Source: Candidatus Omnitrophota bacterium
GTDB lineage: Bacteria > Omnitrophota > Gorgyraeia > B26-G9 > JBDRCZ01
Reading direction: 5' to 3'
Assembly: GCA_043821285.1 (NCBI GenBank)
Contig: JBDRCZ010000017.1
Location: forward strand, 15,947-79,946
Length of the DNA stretch: 64,000 nucleotides
Below the pieces are notes generated by a model. That model did no database searches. It saw only the letters and a program-made list of their open reading frames with translations, and had not been told where the DNA came from. How positions within the stretch are numbered: position 1 is the stretch's first letter; each line of letters starts with the position of its first letter. Position numbers and translations under genes: made by a program. Below are positions 27,148 through 36,100 of this stretch, piece after piece.

Positions 27148-27954
27148 TTAAATAACTTCAAAGCTAAGCCCCCAGCATAGCTGGGGGCTTAGCTTTGAAG
27201 TTATTTTTTTCTTTTCCTTATCAGATATGCTATTTTCTTCAGTTATAAGTTTCAAAATTAACTGAGAGGGCTTAACGGATTGTTTTAATTTTCTTAGATC
27301 CGGCAAGTCACGTACCTTTTTATTTGTATCTACATATTTATTTTTTATTTTCATGGCAAACGCTTCATCTCCCAGAATACAGCCTTTTAACGTCAGTTTT
27401 TGCAAAGGGAATTTTTCTTTTAACATTCCTGCTGCAACAAACTGCCGATATGATTTTTTGCTCTCAAAAGAAGCCATTATGGTTTTTGTTTCCATGTAGT
27501 TAGGCAATATTTTTGAACCAACATAGTAATGATAACTGCACCAGGGATATTCATAAGGTGTATTAGATAATCCGGCAGCGACGGCGTTAAGATGTATGTA
27601 GCGTGACAGTTCATTAAGGTATGCATCTTTATCAACAACAATTGCTTTATATCTGCCTTGAAAGAGGTGTCCTACCCTCTTTTGTGCTTTATTATAATAT
27701 GTGGTGTAGCTTGAATTTATATACTGCATGCACCGGCTTAAATTAGCATATGGAGTTTCCATAAGCAAGTGATAATGATTAGGCATTAAACAATAGGCAT
27801 GAATTATAAAGCTAAAACGCAGGTATGCATTTTTAATATAAAATAAAAACTTATCTTTATCATAATCAGTAGTAAATATTTCATTTTTATCATTTCCTCT
27901 GGCACTGATATGATAAAAGGCTCCTGGATATTCAATTCTTAATGGTCTAGCCAT
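27148..27954 (-). CDS. IS200/RAYT-like Y1 (HUH) transposase family protein
   Basis: YHISARGN, HUH motif PNHYHLLMETP, and GHLFQGRYKAIVVD with the catalytic Tyr context. The last ~18 codons are encoded by the hairpin at 27151-27205. Confidence 0.75.
   Translation of the reverse strand: MARPLRIEYPGAFYHISARGNDKNEIFTTDYDKDKFLFYIKNAYLRFSFIIHAYCLMPNHYHLLMETPYANLSRCMQYINSSYTTYYNKAQKRVGHLFQGRYKAIVVDKDAYLNELSRYIHLNAVAAGLSNTPYEYPWCSYHYYVGSKILPNYMETKTIMASFESKKSYRQFVAAGMLKEKFPLQKLTLKGCILGDEAFAMKIKNKYVDTNKKVRDLPDLRKLKQSVKPSQLILKLITEENSISDKEKKKITSKLSPQLCWGLSFEVI
27151..27205. repeat. 26-bp perfect hairpin (3-nt loop)
   Basis: AATAACTTCAAAGCTAAGCCCCCAGC-ATA-GCTGGGGGCTTAGCTTTGAAGTTATT, followed by a T-run on the plus strand. 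Confidence 0.85.
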
Positions 27955-28035
27955 AACCTCTCTTTCTGATGATAATAACCTTCGTATATATTATAGGCGT
28001 TATAGTCAATTTTGGCAAATGGCGAGGTCTGACCC

Positions 28036-28449
28036 CTACTTATTTTTATTTACTACTGATACCAGCTTTTTATTATCATGGGAGTCAATAATTATCATAC
28101 AGGTGTTAGAGTTTGTACATTTACAGGTTGTACCGTATATGTAATTAATATTAATTCCCGCGGCCTTTATTTTTCCGGCCATTTGTGCGGCTTGTCCGGG
28201 TTTATCTTCCAACTGTATTAAGACTACCTCCTGTTCGCTGATCGCATAATCTTTGGCTTTTAATGCGGACGCTGCTTTTCTGTTATCAGAAGTAATTAAG
28301 TAAAAATGTGCTTTATCTTGCATTGCGTAGGCACAGATTGCGGATATATTTGCACCAGCTGCGGATATTGCCAGACTTACCTCTTGCAGTATGCCAACCT
28401 TATTTTCCGTAATTACCGTTAGTTGTTTTATAATTTCTGCCTTAGCCAT
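28036..28449 (-). CDS. ACT-domain protein
   Basis: Two ACT-like halves (LTVITENKVGILQEVSLAISAAGANI; VVLIQLEDKPGQAAQMAGKIKAAGINI). Confidence 0.65.
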   Translation of the reverse strand: MAKAEIIKQLTVITENKVGILQEVSLAISAAGANISAICAYAMQDKAHFYLITSDNRKAASALKAKDYAISEQEVVLIQLEDKPGQAAQMAGKIKAAGININYIYGTTCKCTNSNTCMIIIDSHDNKKLVSVVNKNK

Positions 28450-28633
28450 ATCTCTCCCCCCTTATTTTTTGCTCCGCAAAAAATAGAGCAATTGAAAATA
28501 GATAATGGAACATAGAGAAATTTTCTATTGTGGTCTATTGTTCAATTTTCTATTTTCAAAACCCTTTTCATGACCTGCCACAATATTATCAGATCTTCGA
28601 CTTGTTAATCAGAAAATGCAACGCATTTTCTAT

Positions 28634-28930
28634 CTATTGTTTAGTACTACTATATAAGTCATCATACCTAAGCTTAAAATCCGCGTTAAGATTTCTAAAT
28701 TCTAAGATAATTGCTCTTAGAGGAATTCTTGCTAAATTACTATACGCAGAGAAGCTATCGGATAATTTTCTCAGTATGGTCCGTTCATCGCCTTTATAGC
28801 TAAGCACGTTACCTTGCTCATTCACTTGAAGCCCCTGAATTTTTAAAACAGCATTGAACGTTTTTTCTTCTCCCAGTAAACGCAGTTCTCTTTGTATCAC
28901 CGCCGTAAAAAATGCCTTATAGTCAGTCAT
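28634..28930 (-). CDS. hypothetical protein
   Basis: 98-aa ORF co-oriented and closely spaced with the H-NOX-like gene. No recognisable motif. Confidence 0.3.
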   Translation of the reverse strand: MTDYKAFFTAVIQRELRLLGEEKTFNAVLKIQGLQVNEQGNVLSYKGDERTILRKLSDSFSAYSNLARIPLRAIILEFRNLNADFKLRYDDLYSSTKQ

Positions 28931-28968
28931 TATCCTAACCCTTTTTTTATTTTTCCGGTACTAAATAA

Positions 28969-29508
28969 TTATTTATTAAACTTGATTATGACCTTACAAT
29001 AATCGTCGCCTTTTTTTATACATAAAGGTTCTTCAATCGTTCCTTCTTCCTGATAAGCGTCAAGGGTGAACTGGACAAGGGATTTTAAAAAAACACAAAG
29101 TTTATTTGGCGAGTTATACATATAGGTTAGCTCATTCTCTGTTTCTTTTAAAATTGTAAGTTTTGCGGTTGGTGTGCCGGCTAACGTTGGCAGTTCAATA
29201 TGATGCCCGGGAACACGGCGCAGCGCCTCTTTAGCACTCCCGGCATCTTCAAAATATCCGGGAAAAGTATTGCTGATCACTTGTCCGGCAAATTTGCCAA
29301 ATTTATCTTCAACTACTTCCGGTGCTTCGCTAAAACATGCCGCGGCTTCTCGATAAAGTTTTTGAAACTCTACTTCCGGATATATTCTTTCATCCTGATA
29401 TTTATCAGTTATCCCTATTTTTTTCATCAGGTCGTTTTTTTTATCCGGTCCCTTTTCTTTTTCCACAAAGGCAAGCAATATATTATTGACTATTCCCATC
29501 ATCAGCAA
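28969..29508 (-). CDS. H-NOX (heme NO/O2-binding, HNOB)-like domain protein
   Basis: Collinear with the HNOB pattern: MGIVNNxLLxFV..., FGKFAGQ, a His-containing segment RRVPGHHIEL, YxSxR-like YNSPN (R not conserved), and C-terminal GDDYCKVIIKF. Confidence 0.5.
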   Translation of the reverse strand: MLMMGIVNNILLAFVEKEKGPDKKNDLMKKIGITDKYQDERIYPEVEFQKLYREAAACFSEAPEVVEDKFGKFAGQVISNTFPGYFEDAGSAKEALRRVPGHHIELPTLAGTPTAKLTILKETENELTYMYNSPNKLCVFLKSLVQFTLDAYQEEGTIEEPLCIKKGDDYCKVIIKFNK

Positions 29509-29628
29509 TCCCCCCTTTGTACATGGTTTATTAGATTTTAACAGGATTAGAGGTGATTGTCAAGGATATATCGTGAAAAAGTAAGAAAAATCGTATTGTG
29601 TATTGAGTATTGTGGTTAAGAAATCTAT

Positions 29629-29794
29629 CCACGAATGGTACAAAAAGCAGCGTTAATGACGAATGACGAAATCAGAACATTAAAATAAAAAACTCAAAAA
29701 AAGAAAATTAAATTTTAGCCACGAAATACACGAATCGCACGAAAAAAGAAAAGAGAATAAAAAGAAAAATATTTAACCACGAAGATCACGAAGT
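29629..29794. repeat. CCACGAA/CACGAA word arrays
   Basis: CCACGAA (29629), GACGAATGACGAA (29658-29670), GCCACGAAATACACGAATCGCACGAA (29718-29743), AACCACGAAGATCACGAAG (29776-29794). Phasing is 9 nt. Confidence 0.65.
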
Positions 29795-29832
29795 TTTTTT
29801 GTGAGAATAATTTTTTGTCATAAGACAAAAAA

Positions 29833-32820
29833 TTATATTGCTTGCTCTATAAATGTCAGGTTTTGGAATTGCGGTTTTGGAATTGCTGTTGTACTAGGGG
29901 GAAAATTAGGAAGTGGTGGATATCCAAAAAATTCTCTGGCAGTTGGATTTTGAATAGATTCAAAAGTAATCATACTTGGTGTCCCTCTATAAGTAGCTAT
30001 TTCTCCATTTAATTTTATTGTATTTTCATTATAATCATATGTAACAATTACCTGCAGTCTCTTACCTCTCTCTCCGCTTCTTGTGAGAACTAAGACGACA
30101 TTTAGTTCTGTAATTCTGCTTTGCATGGTATAAACTTGTATGCTTCCAATACTTTCAGGTATTTTAAGCTCTTTACTCCCAATTTTTTTACTCTCACTTA
30201 TAACTTCTTCTTCAATAATCTCTAAGCCTTCTGGCGCGTGAATTTCTCGTATCGCTTTCATCACTTCTTGCTTTAAATCTGGTGACAAATTTTGTACTAC
30301 TTCACTATTTTCTATAAATCTTATTTCCCTTGGATCAGTCCTCCGGCGTTCTTTGCCTTTTTTATCATCAAGTTCAAGAAATAGATATCCCCCGGTCGCG
30401 GAATTCCACGAAATCCTTGTTTGACCTTTATCATTGGCAGAAAAATTAATAGTAACATAGTTATTCGGACTGATTGTTAATATTGTTCCTTCACCAAATG
30501 ACGCGTGTTTCACCGTATCCCCTGCCCGCAATAGTGTTCCGTCAGGCAAAATAAGAGTAGGTCGAGCTAAGTTATTAATTACACTTCGTAACGCTATTTG
30601 TAGGTTTCCCTGGGAATTATTTTCAATATCAGGATAATTTTCAAAAAAGTCGTTTTGTGCCTTTTGTATTGCATTATAATGGCCTAATACTGAACAAATA
30701 GCTCCGTGATAGATGTATTCCTGGCGAATTAATGGATTATCCTGTTCACAAATTTGCCTTGATAACACTAAAGCCGGTTCAGGAAATAATTCGTTAAATT
30801 TCGCCTCACCTAAAATATTAATAATCTCTTGTTTTGTTTCTTCTGCATGTGAATAGAATTCAAGCACATAATCATCTTCTTGATTAAACACAACAGCATC
30901 AGTTACAATAATGCGTAATGGTATCTCACTTCCTGCAGTAGTATGCAAATACTTCCTTATTCTTTGTTCTATTTGTTCTATATCTTGCTTAAGATCATCA
31001 GTTTCATCGCGATACTGCCTATGGGAAAGATTATAGAGCATTTGTTTAAACGCACGGTCACCTTTGCGGATAAAGCCGCCTTCATTGTCTGTCGGATTAT
31101 TTTCTTTTGATCCTTCTCCTAATTCAGGAAGAAGGTGATATTGTTCAATTATTGCGGCTATTTCTTCAGGGTCATTTAGATTTCTGTTCCTAATTTTTTC
31201 ATAAACATCCGAATGCCAATTATCAATAGCATCACCTATAGCCTCATTTGACAACTCGCTACCTTGCGTTCGGGTAACTAAAAACATATACGATAATAAT
31301 GATAGTTTCATAGAATTTGGCAGAGTAGGTTCTTTGAGCATTTCTAATGGGGGTAACATACGGTTTTCTAAAACAGTTTTTACTTGTTCTGGAAAATCCT
31401 TCATAATAATAGGCCACAGCTTTAAAAAATTAACCAATGCTTCTTGATTTATTCTTTCAGGTGGAAACGCCTGGGAGTTTTTTTCAACTATTCTTTCTAT
31501 AAAATACAAAACTGCTCTGAGAGAGAAAATTTCTATGTTTGCATTTTGCGGAATTTCAACAGAAGAATTAACCCGTTCTCCATTAACAAGAATTATTGAT
31601 TTTTCAAAAGATAAGTCGTTTGCCTGGTATGTGGCTGAAATATAAGTAAGTAGTTCTGCTACAGTACTGCCTTTAGCAGGAATTCTAATTAATTCGTCAT
31701 TCCTACTGCCAATAAGTGAAGCAGAGATTCCTATTGTGTAAGGTAAAAGACAAACACTTATCCTTTCTTGATAAATTTGGCGTGTCTGTTTAGTTATAAT
31801 TATAGGTTTGCCAGCATTATCCCTTACTTCTACCCTACCCTCGTGTACGGCATGAAGAAGATTAAGAAAATCATCTGTGCTTTTAATTAAATTTTTATCT
31901 TTAGAAGCTAAATCATTCATAAGGCTAAGGGCATTAAGAAGATTTGCCCTATCATAAAGAGGAATCAAGCCTTCATTAATGCAGCGCTCGAGGTCTTCTG
32001 GTGTTTGAATAAATCTTGTATTAACATGAATCTCAAGTATCTTTTTAAGCGGGGCCCCGAGCGGTTCGTATTTACCAAAGATAAAGTTAAGCCCGCTTAT
32101 ATTATACATAGGAATATTCTTTGATATTCTAACTAAAGCATTACCGTATCCAATAAGACAGATTTTGGTCTCTTCAAAATCTTCTCTAGCGATTAAATCC
32201 TGAACCTGTATTAACCCCCTAAGCACCGCCTCTCTCCGAATATCTTGAATGTGTACTATTTCCTCGCGGATTTGCCGCATCGATCCTATCTTGCGCAAAA
32301 TTTGAGTTAATATTTTGGTATAAATTATAAAATGTAATAATTGGTCATCAGCTTCAACAATACCTTGTTTTTCCATTAAATACTGGATTAAAAATGCCCC
32401 ATGTTCAAACACATACTTGTCTTCATCAGAAACGCTATAAAATCTAACCAACCATTTATTAAGCGAACGCTTAAAAGACGATAAGGTATCAAAGCGTTGT
32501 ATAACATTTTTTGTTGCTAACAGGGCACTAAAGATAAGATTATGGATAATGTGACTAATGCCAGTTCTCTTGTTTTCTTGTAAAAGTTTATCAGCATCGA
32601 CTATTATTTTAGCTTCAGCAGATTCTTTTGCTAAAGTATCCGTTGCTTCGCCAGGATCACTAATATCTTTTGCAAAAATATCGCTATTTATGCTTAAGGG
32701 AGGGGCAAGATGGGTGTGTAGGCCTTTTAAATTGTTGCCGGCGGCCCAGGAGAGGTCGAGGCAGAAAAAAGCGTTAATTAGCATAATAACTGTTAGTTTA
32801 AACCAAATACTGCGTTTCAT
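29833..32820 (-). CDS. giant-family protein G1 (995 aa), function unknown
   Basis: N-terminus MKRSIWFKLTVIMLINAFFCLDLSWAAGNNLKGLHTHLAPPL; C-terminus ...NLTFIEQAI. Internal beta-grasp-like ILVNGERVNSSVEIPQNANIEIF and Tudor/UvrD-C-like AGDTVKHASFGEGTILTI. Confidence 0.8.
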   Translation of the reverse strand: MKRSIWFKLTVIMLINAFFCLDLSWAAGNNLKGLHTHLAPPLSINSDIFAKDISDPGEATDTLAKESAEAKIIVDADKLLQENKRTGISHIIHNLIFSALLATKNVIQRFDTLSSFKRSLNKWLVRFYSVSDEDKYVFEHGAFLIQYLMEKQGIVEADDQLLHFIIYTKILTQILRKIGSMRQIREEIVHIQDIRREAVLRGLIQVQDLIAREDFEETKICLIGYGNALVRISKNIPMYNISGLNFIFGKYEPLGAPLKKILEIHVNTRFIQTPEDLERCINEGLIPLYDRANLLNALSLMNDLASKDKNLIKSTDDFLNLLHAVHEGRVEVRDNAGKPIIITKQTRQIYQERISVCLLPYTIGISASLIGSRNDELIRIPAKGSTVAELLTYISATYQANDLSFEKSIILVNGERVNSSVEIPQNANIEIFSLRAVLYFIERIVEKNSQAFPPERINQEALVNFLKLWPIIMKDFPEQVKTVLENRMLPPLEMLKEPTLPNSMKLSLLSYMFLVTRTQGSELSNEAIGDAIDNWHSDVYEKIRNRNLNDPEEIAAIIEQYHLLPELGEGSKENNPTDNEGGFIRKGDRAFKQMLYNLSHRQYRDETDDLKQDIEQIEQRIRKYLHTTAGSEIPLRIIVTDAVVFNQEDDYVLEFYSHAEETKQEIINILGEAKFNELFPEPALVLSRQICEQDNPLIRQEYIYHGAICSVLGHYNAIQKAQNDFFENYPDIENNSQGNLQIALRSVINNLARPTLILPDGTLLRAGDTVKHASFGEGTILTISPNNYVTINFSANDKGQTRISWNSATGGYLFLELDDKKGKERRRTDPREIRFIENSEVVQNLSPDLKQEVMKAIREIHAPEGLEIIEEEVISESKKIGSKELKIPESIGSIQVYTMQSRITELNVVLVLTRSGERGKRLQVIVTYDYNENTIKLNGEIATYRGTPSMITFESIQNPTAREFFGYPPLPNFPPSTTAIPKPQFQNLTFIEQAI

Positions 32821-33140
32821 ATTACATATATGCTTTCATTCTCGTATTGAGTATCGCGTATTAATGTTTTAAATTCGAAATCCGAATATCTAAATGTTTA
32901 GAATTTGCCATTCGTCATTATAAGTGTTTTATTTTATCTATCTAGTTGATCCTGTCTAATTCGTTCTCGTATTGCGTTTTTTTATTGTCGTCTACTTGTT
33001 TTTATACTCAATACTCGATACACAATACACAATGCGTTGTTTAATCATTTCTCTCCGTGTTCTCTGCGGCTCTGTGTGATAAATTTTAGCTTTTATTTTC
33101 TGTCTTCTGAATTCTGATTTCTGTTTTCTGCTGTTAACTG

Positions 33141-36100
33141 TTAGATTGCTTGCTCTGCTATAAATATATTAGGTACTGTTATTTCTCCGGCACTTGGTAT
33201 ATCTTCAAGTAATGTGTCCGGTGCAAATACATTTTCATTAGCAGGATTGGCTCTTGTGGCTATATCTTTAGCGTTTATAACACGTTGTGAGCGTCTGTCC
33301 TTATGAGCACTAGTGTCATTCGTTTCCTTTTGTAATTTTGCAAGAAGAACCGGATTATCTTTTATTTCACGGTGATTTTTGACGTTGGGAAAAAAACCTG
33401 TTGTCAGTTTTCTTGCGGCGGTTAAATCATCAACAGTTTGAATAATCATTCCTAATTCACCATTTAAATCTTCGCTATGAACAACACCAGCTTCTAATCT
33501 TACCTGCATGCCTAATTCTGAAATCACTTCATTAACTTTGATTTCGATCGCTTTCAAAGTAGCGGCAATTTTTTCCGAAGTAATTATCCCATCATCTTCT
33601 CTATAAGCTCCTGCAAATTGATTATAAACATTGTTATTAATTGATAGAATTACATCATTTCCAACATTGTGGCCAAATACATCATTAATAACCTTAAATC
33701 CAAAATGCAATTGTGCAAATTGTGCATCTCCATTTAAGTCTGTTTCTCTGTAAAACTCTCTGTTGCCGCTTGCTCTTATGAAATCATTTATATTTATGGA
33801 TGTAGAACTAACTATATAATGTGCTGATAGTTTTATCAGTTGTACACGGTTATTTTCTCTTTTTATAACGAGGTAGAACTTATCAGGCCGTTCATGTACA
33901 ATACTGATTGAAACAGCAGATTTGCCGTCTAAAATGTTTTGAATGGTTTTGCCCAACTTATCTCTTTCTATTACCGGGTAAAACTTGTCTAAATCTTCTT
34001 TCGAAATACCCGCATCTATCATTTCCTGACGTATTCTTTCTCCTTCAACTCCTAATTGAAATTTTTTATCGTCAGCTATTTTAATCGGTGATTTTCTCTC
34101 TTCGCGCTCAGGATCTGGGCGTTCGGATAATCCTATTCCTACTAACTTGTTGGCATATTTAGTCCTGCGCTGGGTGTATTCCGCCTCATCTCTAGCAATT
34201 CTTAGTTGTTCCAATAGACTCATTTGGGAAATATTAGGTATATCACTTATTTTTACTGCTCCTACCGGGGCAAAGGGAACATAAACAGGAAAATAAATCT
34301 TACCATTAATATCAATGTCAAGACATTTAAGATTAGCGAGTATCTCGGATAGAACAGTGTTTTCATCCTCTTCTACATCTTTAGTGAACAGTATAAATGT
34401 TTCCTTAGAAGCCTTTTCTTCTTCTGGCGTTAAAAATACTGATTTTGTGACCGTAGTAATGTTTCTTTTTTTATTTTCTCTTAATTTTTCTATCAACGCA
34501 TCTCTGTTACTATCATTTATATTTTTTAGGATTGCAAAAACGTATTTTCCTTCAATCCGTTCTATGACCTTGCGTTGAATTTGTACGAGAAAGTGCTCAA
34601 TAACTTCTTTTGGCAACATAGGTGGTAACAAACCAACAACCTCATCACCACTAACATGATAAACTGTTCTACCTCTTTCTTCAATTTCTTTACGAGCTGC
34701 CTCAATTAATGTGTTAATTGCAAGTATATTCACATTTTCCCAGCCATATACATCATTTCTACCCCTTAGTTCGCTGATGTCAAAGAATATCACCCAAGCA
34801 TTGTCGTCGTGTCTACCTAAAAATACCACTGCTTCTTTTTCCCATTTTTGTGCATTTTCTGGATAGGCTTCATTAAGAAAGTTTCTTACGCGTGTTGTAT
34901 TATCAAATAAAGTGGTTAAATACATTATAAACTCTTGCAGTTCGTTATAGGGTTCGTCAGTATCTTTTCTACTTAAAAGAACATCTATCACCTTAGTAGC
35001 CGCGTCCCTAAATTGCTGATCATTAATATTTTGGTTAATAATTTTTCTCCACTTCTCACCTAAACGCTTTATTTCAGCCTTCAGAAACATTTCTATTGCT
35101 TCCTCATCTTCGCCTTGTTCTTTACACCTATCTACTTCTAATATTACTTTTTCTACATCTGCGCCCAACTCAAAAGCAAAAAATTCCCCATCTCGTTCCT
35201 GACTGGAATTTTCTCTTGGCAAAATGCTTGCCATACCTAAGCTAAATGCTGCGATTAAACCTGCGGTTCCTCCTCCCATCCCTGATTGAAGCATTGATGC
35301 TGCGGAAAATTCTGGTTGAGATGGGAAATAACCAAGTGCTCGCATTAATGTTCCAATAGATGCTGCTAAAAGCACGATGGATATTTTAGGTTTATTTCCA
35401 AACCATGCAACTAACCTCCTAATTAGCGTACCTAACCTGTTCTCATGGGAAGGACTTTTGTTTAATGCCCTCCAACCAGTTGGATGCATAAATGCTACAT
35501 TAGTTGCTTTGCGTCTACGATGAAGAAGTCCGCTTATATTTGCAGGAAATATTATTTTTCTGCTTATCCACTTTTTTACCTCATAAGCAATATATATTAA
35601 TGTTAAAATTATGCCCAAACCAGGTATTACCATACAATCGCTAATAAAATTATTCCACTGTTTAACACGAGCATAACCTTCTCTTACAGTAAAACTATCA
35701 ATAAAAAACTCTTCTCCCATCGGTGGCATGATACCAAACTTAGCAATAAAATCTGCCTGGTTTTTAAATGCTTCTGTTGTTTCTGGATTGATATCAAAAA
35801 AAGGAATAACTAATCGAGCAATGTTAAAAATCAACGTTACTGGGTTATGTTTTATAAGAAATTCCATTGGGTTTTTAGGCAAATTATCGACATGATGACT
35901 TAAACGCACTAATGTAACAGCGTATTCAAAAATTCCTCGCTTAGTAAAGAAATTTAATCCAATATTAGGATTACCCCATGTTCCATTCCATCTTGAACCA
36001 TAGACAATATCAAAATTGCTTTCACGGATAGGTGGATTATTTGTCATAAGAATTTGGTAAGTTTCGGGAGAAACTAATTTTATCAAAAATAGCGCTGGTC

